DNA of 64,000 bases, taken from contig JAUFOQ010000004.1 in assembly GCA_040285855.1 (NCBI GenBank), forward strand, positions 1,612,001 to 1,676,000, read 5' to 3'. The notes under the pieces were generated by a model. It saw only the letters and a program-made list of their open reading frames with translations. It searched no databases and was not told the origin of the DNA. This DNA comes from Eukaryota sp. GEM-RC1 (lineage: Eukaryota). The position numbers and the translations under genes were made by a program. Shown here one piece after another: positions 49,518 to 63,100 of the stretch. Numbering within the stretch: the stretch's first letter is position 1; every line of letters starts with the position of its first letter.

Positions 49518-52500
49518 ATGGATCAGGTCGAGTGCAGGACTCTTCCAGGATTTAAGTATACTACAACGGTTTGTCATCCCTTGAATGTTCTAATTCCAGG
49601 AGGTTTCATTGAATGACATTGAAGAAACTGGTTTACGTCCCAAACTAACAAATCAAGTTCATGATCTTGGACAGATTACAGGCGGCAAGTTTGGTTGTGT
49701 CAGCAATCCCATGTTTCTTGCTGTGAGACCAGATTCGGATTCTGCTTCAAATTTTGGTATCTCTACACTCATCGATCTATCTAACTACAGTATTCAACAT
49801 TGGTATGAATGACGCCGTTGTTAGCCGACTTGTTGAGATTTCTGGAAACTCTGAGTTCGTTTATGGTTGCTACCGTCGTTTCATAGAGTCATATGCGTCT
49901 GTGGTGTTTGAAATTCCAGAGGAAAAACTTCTCGAAGTTTATGATATTTGCAGAGCTGAGAATTCTCAATCAAATGATTGCTCTAGTCCCATCTTGCCAC
50001 TAACTGCGGATCAATTAGTACATCTTGTGCAAGGCTATCTTGCGCTGATTCGCTCGTTAGGTTTTGAGATTCCTCAAGACCCATGGCAACAACTGGTAAC
50101 AACTTTTAAAACACTCTCTGATAAATGCGATGATCCTTCTTCTACCAATCTCTCTGTCTTGGTTCTTCTTACAAATCTCGACCATCATTCCCTTACCATT
50201 GATCCTATCACTAAATCTTATGTTCCTGTCGAAATGAGTGACTTGGCACCTCTTGGTTCTGTTCCTTTGTCGCGTCCTCAGTGTGTTGCTCCTGAAATCC
50301 AATACTTCGTGGAAGTCCTTAACTCGTTTGGAAACCCAGATCACGGCTACAGTCTGGAAAAAATTGTTGTTGTAGAATCTTTCGCCGATGAACCTAAACC
50401 TTTCGCCTCTAAAAACCTGGTGGCAGAGCCAATTCAATGGAAGAAAGTGGCTAAAGAAAGAAGAACACACGTTATCTTTGCCGGAGTGTGTATCTCAATT
50501 GTACTGCTGCTTCTCTTCTTCATGATCTTCTTTAGAACGAATTTGTACCAACTATCCGGTATTGTTACCAATGAATCCATTCCACTGTTTCCAAGTTGTG
50601 GTAGAGTCTGATGTTCTTGGTAGTATTGTAACTAATGAGGCAGGGGTATTTAAATATGAAAAGGTTGCCCCTGGAAATTATTCGATTTCCTTGTCTCTTG
50701 ATGGATATGTATCACAGTCACAGGCATTAATTGTTGAATCCGATTTGTTTGTTGAGATCTCTATGGACCTTTTGAAATACACACTGACATTGGCAGTTCT
50801 TGACGGATTTTCAAATATTCAAATCGAAAACGTTTCAATCATGATTGATGACCAAATGCTTACCACTGATTCAAGTGGAAACGTCATCGTAGACTTAATC
50901 CCGGGCTCTTATGAACTTTCCTTGTCTCACCCTGGTTACTCAACTGTAACTCACGCTATTGATCTAAGTTCTTCACTAGAAGAGTCAATTTATCTTACTC
51001 CGATACTATTTGTTGTATCTGGAATCGTAACTAGCAATTCTACCGCCCTTCAACATGTCAATGTATCCCTGAGTTCTCTTGATACCATTCACACTCTGAC
51101 TGATGACGAAGGAATGTTTGTGTTTGAAGATTTGGTATATGGTCATTATATTTTAAATTTTTACCTTGATGGATATCATCCTAAAGAGCTCCCATACAAA
51201 GTTATTGGAAACGATACTTCTCTAATGGTTTCGCTCGAACTTGTAGTTTTCTCTCTTGAGCTCAGTGTACTGGATGACACCTCTCTAGAGCCAGTCAGTG
51301 AATCACGTGTTAAATTGCTTTTGGACAATGATAACGATATCATTGTTGAGGGTGATGAAGACGGCATCATCAGGCTTCCTGAATTAATTCCTGGCTGCTA
51401 TGAAATGATTGTAATGCACCCCAGCTATCTTGAGAAGATCATTGAGGTCGACCTTGACTCTTCTAAACTTGAAATTGTAGGTATAAGTCTGCATGGGTTT
51501 ACCGTAAACTTTGATTTTGGTCGAATTACGGCATACGACAAAACTTTTGGTCCAAATGTTGAAATTCCCTCTAGCATTAATGGAGTTGAAATCATTTCAA
51601 TCTTTACTAACTCCTTCAATGGCCGTGATTTGACTTCAGTTGTAATACCAGATTCCGTAACGGAACTTCGATTTGGTGCATTTTCTAACAACGCCTTGGT
51701 GAACGTAACTATAGGATCAAAGGTGTCTGTGATTCATGGAAGTTGCTTCAGATACAACCAGTTGAAAACCATCGTGATTCCCGATAGTGTAGTTCAAATT
51801 GATTCACATGCCTTCTCCAGTAACAATCTTGAAACTGTTGTTCTCGGGAATAATTTAGAAATCATCAAGAGCAGTGCCTTCACTTTCAATTCTATCAAGT
51901 CTCTTGATATTCCTGATAGTGTTACTACTATTGAGTGGGAGGCTTTTGAGGGTAGTGCCATTGTTAACCTTACTTTGGGGGTAGGACTAGAAACTATTGG
52001 AGGAGGAGCTTTTATGAATAATGATATATCCAAGCTTGTGATTAGTCATGCCACTAACATAGGCAACAATGCCTTCCGCAAGAATTTTATTACAGAGCTG
52101 GAAATTGGTGGCGAAGGTCTAACTATTGGTGATTCTGCTTTTGAAGACAATCAAATATCATCAATCAATTTTGATGATGGTGTCGTTTCCATTGGAAAAT
52201 CGGCATTTAAGAGTAATTCTATAGATCATGTCTCTTTTCCAAATACTCTTTTGGTCATTGGTGAATCTGCGTTTGAACATAATGGTATGACCACTGTTGA
52301 GTTGAATCCAACTTTACAAGAAATTGGACCATATGCCTTTAGAAGCAACGGTTTGCTTGAATTAGATATTCCAGACTCAGTAACTCAGATTGGAAATGCT
52401 GCGTTTCAGTCGAACAAGTTGGTGACCCTGTCAATTGGAACGAATTTGACAACAATTAGTGGTGGTTTGTTCCGGTATAATGAGCTTGTTGACGTCACCA

Positions 52501-53495
52501 TTCCTGATACTGTTACTTCGATTTTGTTTTCGGCGTTTTCTGATAACATGCAGCTACAACATGTGCTTCTATCTTCTAGTGTTACCTCTATTGGATCAGA
52601 TGCCTTTGCCAACACTGGTCTCACTTCTATTGATATTCCTGACAGTGTTCTAGAAATGGGACATGGTTCTTTTGCCCACAGTAAGTTAACTTCTGTAAGA
52701 CTATCAGAAAGTCTGACTGTGATTCCAGACTCTTGTTTCTGGTATAATGACATCACCTCAATCAATATTCCTGAATCAGTTACCAATATTGGCAACCAAG
52801 CTTTTACATTCAACAAATTAACAGAAGTTTCAATTCCAAACTCTGTTATATTTATTGGATTTGGAGCATTTGGCCATAATAAGTTGACCTCAGTTGAACT
52901 ATCGGATTCAATTACTGCTATCTCAGGATCTACTTTTATTTCTAACAACCTAATCACAATTACTATACCTGATAGTGTTCGACACATTCATTCATCTGCT
53001 TTTCGCCATAATGACTTAGAATCTGTTGTTTTATCTAAATTTTTGACCAGAATTGAAACTTTCGCATTTGCTGATAATGAATTGACGTCAATCGTTATCC
53101 CAGACAGTGTTCTTTCTATCAGTAAAGAAGCTTTTAGAAACAACAATCTGACCACAGTTACGATTCCTCCTAGTCTAACTGAAATTGAAGAATCTGTTTT
53201 TGAAAATAATAAGTTGGAATCTGTTGATTTTGGATCAGTTACCGTTATTGGAAACAGAGCTTTTTATGAACATCGACTTGTATCAGTTTCTTTTCCTAGC
53301 ACGTTATCTAAAATTGGAGATTTTGCATTTCAATCAACAACTAGTCCAAATACTCTCCTATCTATTGAAATCGGTGACAACGTTGAATGTGGATTCTTGA
53401 CATTTGTTAGACAGTTCTGTGAACTTTATGAAGTTGAGGGAGCAGGTTCGTATACTCGAGCAACTACTGATGATGATTGGGAAAAAGTAGCATGA
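49518..53495 (+). CDS. Type II membrane protein: degenerate PPDK N-terminal domain, TM helix, ~4 CarboxypepD_reg/PEGA-like domains, BspA-type LRR (LRR_5) array; introns 49569-49599 and 49757-49790; start uncertain
   Basis: Spliced peptide PGFKYTTTEV...TGGKFG..SNPMFLAVR..VFNIGMND..V..L....F.Y.CYRRFIESYA...LTADQL...IPQDPWQQL mirrors PPDK. TM VIFAGVCISIVLLLLFFMIFF; SGIVT...TD..G.F....PG.Y.L...GY repeats; more than 20 IPDSVT.IG..AF repeats. One 1-bp indel near 50590. Confidence 0.8.
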
Positions 53496-54630
53496 TTACT
53501 ATACATAGTTTGGACTTTCTTCACTTGTCAGTTTTAATTGCAAACTTTATCAATATTTCGTTTTTGGGCTATAAAATCTCTAATAGGGAAGTATCTTGAA
53601 GAGATTACAGCAAAACTATGGATATCGTGAAAATATACAAATTTAACAATTCAATATTTGATGCCGCAACAGAGAATTGCGGTCAAGCATACGTGACCAC
53701 ATCATGTAGAAACAATAGTACCTCGTCTATAGTGTATAGTGTCTCTAAAGAATACTATGAAATGGAAACCCTCCCACTTATTAGACGGGCCCACGTAATA
53801 GAAGTCTCATCAAAGAGGGGGCTTATACGGTTAAGCCCAGGGGCTTCTATTTCATTGTTGATTTAATAATGTTCCTTCAAAAGCTCGCTCTTCCTGTACC
53901 ACTTCAAGGAAGAAACAAGTTGTTTCTAATGTCTCGTTTGCCCGAAAATTCATGATTGGTTATTTCTTTGTGATGTGGCAAATTTCTCAGACATATCTTC
54001 AACCGCCAGGAAAAAAAGAGAAAATATCACTAGAATTTTGACGGCCAAACACATTCGGACAAATCTTAAAGAGCTAAAATATCCTCAGAACGCGATGCAA
54101 CATCTTTTATTGAAAAACAGTGTTGTACTCATTGCGAAGGGTACTGTGGAAGTTGTTTCCGATTAAAGCAAGACCTGGTGATAAATATAACTATCTACAT
54201 ATTGGAAATAAATACTGATATTTGAATACTTTATTTGAAGCTATGAATTAATACGTAATAATTCAGAAATTGTAGTATGATCTTTTATGTGTCATTCCAG
54301 GTTGGTTTCCTTGATTATTTATATGATGACAACAGAAAACAAAAATATATTTAGATCTTTTTCTTCTGTAACACGATAACCTATAATGTTTAAATCCCCA
54401 ACATACTTGACTCCAACACAATTTTTACTCAGTATAATCTTCAGCTTGTACTCAGACAGGATGGGGAACTCACGTACACTCACTGAGACTTTCATTCTAA
54501 ATTCAAAATCACACAGTGAAAACGAATAAAGAAGGAAAACCCCACATGACTAGGCTCAACAATCAAAAGACATTGGCCCCGTCAAAATACATAGAAAACT
54601 ACAACTACAACTACGTTATCCCCAATCCCA

Positions 54631-55080
54631 AGCTGGAGCTCATCCTACATTGGACACTTCATCCCCAATCCCTTTGCAATCAAAGCTTTAGTGAAGTCTG
54701 AACGGAACGGAATTGGAGATACAGAAGAACCCACAATACATTGGAGCGGTGTAGAGAGAGGAGAGCTGGAGCTCATCCTACATTGGACACTTCATCCCCA
54801 ATCCCTTTGCAATCAAAGCTTTAGTGAAGTCTGAACGGAACGGAATTGGAGATACAGAAGAACCCACAATACATTGGAGCGGTGCAGTTGGAGCGGTGTA
54901 GAGAGAGGAGAGCTGGAGCTCATCCTGCATTGGACACTTCATCCCCAATCCCTTTGCAATCAAAGCTTTAGTGAAGTCTGAACGGAACGGAATTGGAGAT
55001 ACAGAAGAACCCACAATACATTGGAGCGGTGCAGTTGGAGCGGTGTAGAGAGAGGAGAGCTGGAGCTCATCCTGCATTGG
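54631..55080. repeat. Tandem repeat, ~3.1 units of 147 bp (first unit 133 bp)
   Basis: agctggagctcatcct(a/g)cattgg starts at 54631, 54764, 54911 and 55058; the units are near-identical. Confidence 0.95.
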
Positions 55081-56148
55081 GAACGTTCAAAAGAGGTGTA
55101 CACGAGAAGAAGAAACCCACCCTCCCTCCCTCCCAAATGTAATGAAAATAAGTAAGTCTTGAAAATAATTTTGTCATATTCTTCTACTGTGCTTTTCACC
55201 TGAATTGCATATTTCACAACTTTCTTACAGCTTTTTCTCAGAGACTTTTCCCATCAAAATGCCTTCATATCCGTCGCTTCCTTCCAGTGTCTCTGTAATA
55301 GTGTGTCCAAACTCATAATCCTTGACTCTTCTGACTCCTTCAAACTGGTATACACTTTTGACATGATCAATGCCAAATATTACATGTCAAACTTGTTACT
55401 TGTAAACCTAAGGGCCGCATGAAACTACTTATGACTAGATAACAACCATCTTGGGTTCTTACGTGGTCAGCCACTTTCTCTATTTCCTTTGTGTGTAGTC
55501 CCGAGTTATCGAAGCTCTGTGTATAGCAGACATGTGTGATCGTCTTATTTGGTAAACGTACGTATATTCTCAATAAATATCTAGTGCTGAAAGTACCATC
55601 ATCTCACACCATCTTCCATGTATCATATGAAGAACATCTTCCATAGCTTATTCAACCTTTTGTCTCCTGGTGGTGGGTTAGTGCTGATGGTGTTATCAAC
55701 TCAGAATAGTTTTCATTTCCTACTTCATAATGAAACTTTAATCAGAAATGTATATAAATGTAGTAGACTAACTAAACTAGAATTTGATTCCATCATAACA
55801 CTTGAACATTTTTTTAGTTGACATATATTGAATTGGATCATTAAGAATCAGCCTCATCAAATTAATTAGCACCGTCTAGAACCGTCAAACGACTTGAGCC
55901 AAGTCATATCCAATTTTGGCTTGAATTACTCAAATCACTAAAGTCAACGCCAAAACTGCTTCGATTTTTTCCAGCCAATTCCAATGGCTCAAGACGTTGA
56001 CAGATTTGTCATCAACAATAGTCTAATTTTCTCTTTTCAGTTCATCATTCTTCTTAATAATGTCTGCTTCAGTTCGGTGCCCAGACCGAGTGTGAGCAAA
56101 AATTCGTCATACTTGTTGGTCTTTAAAGGTAAATTGATTTGGTATATA

Positions 56149-56174
56149 AGTCCTGATGAGTCATGACACTAACG
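56149..56174 (-). repeat. Fragment matching the start of the Gypsy element-1 LTR
   Basis: Reverse complement cgttagtgtcatgactcatcaggact versus tgttagtgtaatgactcatcaggact at 39704. Confidence 0.6.
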
Positions 56175-56199
56175 TACTCCACTACTACCTGCACTAGTA

Positions 56200-57094
56200 C
56201 ATTAGTAGGGTAACTTATCAAAATACATTCTAGTATTCTTTTCTACAACAGAACTGGAACCACCTTTCAATTTCTTAATTCGCCTTCGTAATGGCTATTC
56301 AACAAGGAAGTTAGATTCATCCCATAATATGACTGTCAATCCAATACTTATGAAGTCAAAGTATGGAAAGTAGTTTAAATTAGATCTTTTGGACTTCCCA
56401 AATGAAAACGAATTATTGGTTAAGTACGCTAATATTGTTAGTCAATATAAACCAAATGCTTTTATTGGCCATAATATTTTCAATTTTGATTTGCCCATAA
56501 TTGACAATAGAATGTGGGCTCTTGACCTTCCCCCTTTTAACAAATCCAATTCCAATTGAGTTACCTTTACATAGTAGATGGCTGGATATCATAAAAGATC
56601 ATAATGGTTTTACAGTTTTGGATACCTTCTTGTTTGCAAAGAAGCATATTGGTCTCAAGTATGGTTGTAGTCTAGCAGTCTAGCTAATTTATCTTGGAAT
56701 TTACTTTCTGAACCTAAATTGAACTTGGATAAAGACTTGGATCACTTACTCCCAGTTGATTGTTTAAGAAATGATAAAAGAATGAAAATTTTAATCAACT
56801 ACTGTCTTCATGATTCAATTTTGGCGTTTAAATTGTTTATTTTATTTCAAAAAGACAAAATTGTTTTTCAATCATGGGCTTCTATTAAAACTTCAGTTGT
56901 TAGTGTGGTAAAACATCAAGAAGTTCAAGATGCAATGCTTTTAGGATCTCAGTTCTACAATGCGTTAAGACAACAGACTACAATGTGTGTTAAAGAATAT
57001 CTGTTGGCTCGCTATCGTCTTGGACAAGATTTGTCTAAGTTTGATTACAAGTTGTTTTATCATACAATGCTTTCAATTAGAAATCTTTCATCTG
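56200..57094 (+). pseudogene. Second exonuclease-Fanzor gene, 5' part (exo II/III motifs and start of the Fanzor region)
   Basis: NENELL..YKPNAFIGHNIFNFDL, GFTVLDTFLFAKK, LLPVDC, INYCLHDS..FKLFILFQKDK, SIKTSV...LRQQT..C....LLAR aligns with the 44272-47418 protein. Confidence 0.8.
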
Positions 57095-57185
57095 TAATAC
57101 CTAAAGGTGCAAAGGGGAAGGTAAAGGGTGTTTATAAATCAAATTATACGTACTAGTAACACTTCACTAACACCTGTGGCTAACA
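57095..57185 (-). repeat. 3' LTR (91 bp)
   Basis: Minus strand TGTTAGCC...GGTATTA, preceded by the polypurine tract and the pol stop codon. Confidence 0.95.
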
Positions 57186-60100
57186 TTACCTCTTCTCTCT
57201 TCTTGAGCTCCTTGTCCTCTTAGCTACAGGTGTCTTAACTACAGACGATGACTTTGGAATACTCATACTACTGGAGGTACGTTTAAGCTTAGTGGGTTTA
57301 CTCTTAGCTACGTTTCTACTATTACAAAATAAATCTACATTTTCTAATTTTACAAATTCACTATACGCCTTGGTGTTCTTGATGTCTTTGGTGGGAACTG
57401 ATGAAGAATCACCACCAAACCAAAGTACAGTACAATGTTCACCATCGGGTGTATTGAACCTATCTAGGATCTTAACCACGATGTGTTCTTCAGAATCCCC
57501 AGAAGCAATTGCTCTGTGGAGATCATGATCAGCAGGTAGATCTGATTGAAAGATCTTACATTGATGAATGCTAGTCTTACTAATATATCCAGTGATCAGA
57601 TTCTTTAAGGAAACTGACGATTTCGAATCAATTGAGACAACTAAATAAGGTCCAGTGTAATTACCATGAAGCTTACTAGTTTTGGATGCTTTTAAAACAA
57701 GGTCTCCAACATTGAATGATTGACTGGGGCCAGACTTCTTTGGCTTGAGTCTCGATTGACGAACCTCTGCCTCTTCTCTCTTTTTAGTAAGACGATCCAG
57801 TTTCATTTTAATGTCGTTAATAAACGAAACATTCTTTGTTGATTTCTCAACAACTATTGAACAATATTTCCAAACTTCGTTTCTTGTTTGGATGTCCTGA
57901 CTGGACTAATCCATGTAGCATGTAAAGAACTTTCGTTCTCAAACTAGATGGAATCAAAATCTTGTTCTTGGAGTTGATGTATACATTGCTCATAGTACAC
58001 AGTGTTGAATCCTGAAACAGTTGATCTCCTTCATTGATAGCTTTATGTTGTTCAGCTCGAATTGTTGATAACCAAGAATCAAATAAAGGCAATTTATTGT
58101 ATGTTGAGAGGTCTTGTAGACTCTTGATAGCTAGTATGTTGGTGTTACAAGGAAGCATCTCAACGTAATCAGCTTCATCATAGATTAACCCTTCGTGAGA
58201 AAGAATTATATCATTTCTGATGGTATGATTTGAGATCAACAGAGATTTGATTGTTTCAACTGGGCGACGGTCAATGACACGTGATAACATGTCAGCCCAT
58301 TGATTGTTTGTACCAGCTACATGTTCTATCTCAAAATCAAACTCCGAGAAAATTGGAATCCATCGTTTGACAATACGATTCTTCTCTGGAGCTGAAATCA
58401 GATAAGCAAGGTTCCTATGATCTGTAAAGATCGTCAAATGCCTACTTAATAGGAAACCTTCTAAACTAGATTCGGTCAGAATCAAGAGAATGGCATACAG
58501 CTCTTTCTGGATAGCTGCCCAATTCTGTTGACTATCATTGAGTAAACGGCTATAAAACGATACAGGTCTAACTCTACGTTCTTCTAACGGAGTTCCTGGA
58601 GGAGCTGGAGGATTTTCTTCCTGCCAGATCACACCACCAACAGCAATGTCGGATGCATCTGTGGATATGATAATGTTCTTATCAGTATCAGGTAAGTCTA
58701 AAGCCATGTGGTTTATTATTTCAGTTTTAATTTTGTCTAATAAAGCATCATGGTCTTTTGTCCAAGCAATTTTCTTGGGTTTACCACGAGTCAGTTCATT
58801 GATTGATGCAGTCAAGTTCGAGTAGTTTGGAATCCATTCACGAACATAATTTAAAGCACCAAGTAAACTTCTAACTTCAGGTAAAGTTGAAGGAGCAGGT
58901 AACTCAATCAACGCCGAAACTCGTTTGTCATCTATGCAACGGGTTTTATTACAAAAGTTGCTGCCCAGAATCTTATTAGGATGTCTAGAAGTGGTGAACC
59001 TACACTTCTTTCAATCCAATCCGTACTCTAAAACGTTCTGCTCGTTCCAGTACTAGAGTTATTCTTGAAATAAACTCTTCAAAGGTATTGCCTACAACAA
59101 TTATATCATCAATATAAATGAAAACACCTTCGACATTGAAAATTTCCATCATAATGTTTTGAAAGATTGCTGGTACGTTTTGCAATCCAAAACATGCTCG
59201 TTTAAAGCTAATTGACATTCCAGGTATAGACACACTGGTCTTCTCGACATCTTCTCCAGCTACATTTAGCTGCCAGAATGCTTTAGGAAGGTCAAGTGTT
59301 CCAATGAAATTTGCTTTCGAAAGGAACTCTAGAACATCACAGATCCGAGGTAAATTTGGTTTCACCGGTCTGGTATTAGCATTAATCCCATCAGGTCCAC
59401 TGAAATCTCCATTTAAACGAGGCTTACGGTGATCATTATATACCACCAAGACTATGGGACTACTGAACTTACCAGTTGATGGTACGGCCCATCCTTGTCG
59501 TATAAGTTCATTAAAAATTTCTTCGGCTATTCGCTGTTTTTCAGGGTTAAGCCTTCTAGGAGGACGAAATACAGTGACAGATTCATCATAAAATGGAATT
59601 GTCATGGGTGGACAATCAATACCATCAGGATGTATGTCTTCTGAAAAGACTTGTTTGTATTTACTGAGTAGGCTCAGAAGCTCCGTTCTTCTTGTAGGAT
59701 CATCCAATTCTACCGTGCAACCAGAGTTGTCAATGGTTTCTACAAACAGATTTATATCTAATTGAGTGTTACCGTACTGATCAATAGGAAAATGTGTTGA
59801 ATGTTGATTTATTGAACATTTTGATTGAACTCTATTAATCGAAATTGATGGAGACCTCATTCTCTCATCAAATTCACTCTCTGCATTGAGAATAGTGCGA
59901 TGTTCTTTATCTAATCTGATGACTAGACCATCATCCGAAAGCAACCCCAGTTCTTCTTGCAAATCTCTACCAATGAGGAGAATTTTCGTTCCAGGAACTA
60001 CAGGTAGAGTATGCTTAACATGAATCTGGTTGGCCAAGCTGCCGACGTTGAACGTCAGAACACCAATTGCACTACCTAAGGAAGTAGCGCGAATATTATT

Positions 60101-63100
60101 CGCTGAGATGTATTCCATACAACTATCAGTAGTTGTCATCTCACAGTATCAAATCTTGAGAAATGACTGAACATGATGCTGCTGAGTCAAATTCTCCTAC
60201 TACTGGTACATTGTTGATTAACAATCGAATACATAAAGGACCGTTACCTTTAGATTCGAACCCTAGGTTCTGGTTGAGACTACGAATTGTTTCAACTGAT
60301 GAAACACTTTTACCCATACTTGATTGTGTGATCAAAGTAGCCAAAGGGTTAGTGTATTTGAGTGGTGTAGTGTGTTTGTTTGAATTATGTTGTGCATTAT
60401 CAATTTTGAAAATGTATCTAGGAGATTTATGATTTTTAAAACTACGAGAACGACTATCAGGACGACTATCACCAGACCTACGCGTATTGGACTTTGCATT
60501 ATCCTGAGATTTACGACAATCAGGAGCATAATGGCCTTTTGCCACATTTGAAACATTCTACGTCAGTGGACTTACCATCAGAGGGTTTAGAGTACCTCTG
60601 GTTGAAGGACTTTCTAGGAAAACGGGAATTTCCACGGGAATGGTCACGAGACCTTCTTTGAGAGTTTGAAAACGATGTCGTTGGCATCGAACGCTTGTAA
60701 TCGATCCAAGCTGTCTTTACTTCACTCAAAAATTCAGGAAGCAAATGTTCATTGTTCTTTAAAGTGTGTTCCCACTTAACTTGAAGATCGTTTAGAGCAG
60801 CAATTTCTTTCTGAGGATTGAGTGTACATAACACTAAGTCGGCTGAGATGCTAGCTGGGAGAAAAGTTCTACCAGTACCTAGGGAAATGGCTGTCGAACA
60901 TTTTAAAATGTTGATAACAAGCTTTAGGTACCGATTCATTACAGTGGAGGGATCATTAGATTGACTAAGTCTAAGATTCTTCAGATCACCCATAGCTTGA
61001 GTAGTAGAAGTGTATTGGCTCAGGAGAACCAATCTGAACCAAAGGTCTTTTTCAGTTATATTTGAATCTGGACCTGGAACATTTAGAAGCTTCCAGTCAC
61101 TCAGCAATTGAAAATCAATGAATTCGGAAACACCAGTAGGATCAATCTCTAACAAAGTGAGTCTTACAAGATCAAATTTATTGATTGGAGCGATACCTAA
61201 ACGAGTGTCAAAGTCTTTACGATTTGATTGTTTCCGGACATGAATTGCCCAATAACTAAATTCATGGATGAACTTAATTATGTCCTCGCGACTCTCGGAT
61301 TTGAGGCAGCTGGGTCTTGATTTCTTTGAAATGGACTTTTTCTTTGTTCGATCTTTTCTTTGAGGGACACCAGACAAAATGATGGGAGTATCAGCCAAAA
61401 CGTTAGGTTCTTCGTCTTCAGATGAGCTATCTTCAGACATAGAGTCAGTGACATCAGAAAGTTCTGCCAAAGGTGATTTTGATTGAGAAGTCAGATCACT
61501 TATCTCGATCGAATTTGATCGTTTAGGAGTTTTTCTGCTTCTTGTCATGTGAGCAACATGATTTTTTCTATTTTGAGCAAGCTGTTCTGAGGAGAGAGCC
61601 ATGGACATAGTTTCATCACAACCTTTAGCAAAGCCTTCTGGCTTACGATAAACACTTTCATGTTCTTCTAAGCTGATGAATCTTTAAATTGAGCTTCAAA
61701 ATTTTGGGTAGAGATACCATTTCTAAGACCGTGTGTAAATCTATCAACCTGCTCAGGTCTGTAAACTTCACCAGGGAAGAATCTTTGAACACTATCTAAG
61801 CCATTTAAATCAGAAAGGTTCGGAGCAAATGTAGCTTTTTCACACATAGCTTGAGAAGCTAATGGGAGTACCAATTGGGAACCACCAATTCCAGAAAAAG
61901 GTTGAACAGGGACAGAGTCAACATCTTGTGGTGAAGTTGACAAACTATCCAGAACTCTTGTAGCCGCAGGTAAATGACTATACTGATGACCAGTAGGGAG
62001 CCATTCGGTACTTACAGAAACATTGTGATATAACTTGCGTTTATTGTTCAACGAATGTAAGTACCAGGCGGAGTATTCATATGAAACTGACCGACCATCA
62101 GCACTGAATATCTGGACTAAAGGTTCAATGATGATACCATGTCTAGGATCCCAAGAGTAGGTGGAAGGAAACCTATAAGTATCACCAGCTCTACTATCAT
62201 ATAAGTCACCCAAAAACTGTTTTATGGCTTGAGGAGACGTGCCAGGAGGAACATTTTTTAGCAAGTAATGTCTTCCAGCAGGCATTCTATGACGCAAAGT
62301 GGGATGCCAGGGAGCAAATTTGGCAAGATGCCACAAGTCGTAGTCAGTGATGGAGACACTCTGATCGTACGGACTTGCAAACGGGATGAGATCGTTGGGA
62401 ACTGCATCTCTATGAGGTCTAGACACATAACCGGTTTGTTGTTCTACAGCTAGAGCTCTCTCAGTCATGGAAAGATTGGCTGTTTTTTGTTGTTGCTCCA
62501 GAAGCTGTCGTTTTGCTTCTTCTGCCCTGGTCTTATGCTGAGCTAGGACTGTTTGAAGTTGCCTAAGGCTCTCTTCAACCTCCCTAGACAGAGGAACTGA
62601 AGGATCAACGTTATCTTTATTTAATAAACTACTAACTAACAAGGAAGAATCAGAAAAATGATGAGAGGGCAAAGATGTTAGCTGAACTACAGACGAAGTA
62701 GTATTACCCACAACATTGTCTCCCGGAGTACCACTGGTATCTGAAGAGACAACGGTAACTCCGTATTTCTCCAGTACCTTCTTGATTCCAAGAGGATCTT
62801 CCTGTTCTGGTCCAATGGATGAATCCAAAGGACCAGGGTTGCCGCCAGACTCCGAAGAGCCCAAGGGTCTTATACCAGTCGTTTCGCCGGCTTCCGAAGA
62901 AGCCAAGGAACTTCCATCAACGTTTGAAGATGGGCTCTCGTGTGAGGAGAGACTCTCGGGTGAGGAGAGTTCGGACACAAAGTCCTCTTCATCTACTGAG
63001 GATTCAGTAGGCACTTCGATCGGGGTGGCAGAGCTCTTCGATACTCTGGTCTTTTGACAGACCTACTTGGCTGTCTGCGGTTAGTAACTCCTTTCTTAGG

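Noticed and set aside
49518..50200. Functional PPDK gene
   Set aside because: Only a degenerate N-terminal fragment; no phospho-His or PEP-binding domains.
51176..52987. Minus-strand ORFs within the LRR gene (likewise antisense ORFs in the hydrolase, hAT and Gypsy genes)
   Set aside because: Shadow frames of real coding sequence.
54631..55080. CRISPR array
   Set aside because: Whole units repeat with no unique spacers; eukaryotic context.
56150..56175. Hammerhead ribozyme (CUGAUGA core)
   Set aside because: No GAAA after the putative stem II; the sequence is explained as an LTR fragment.
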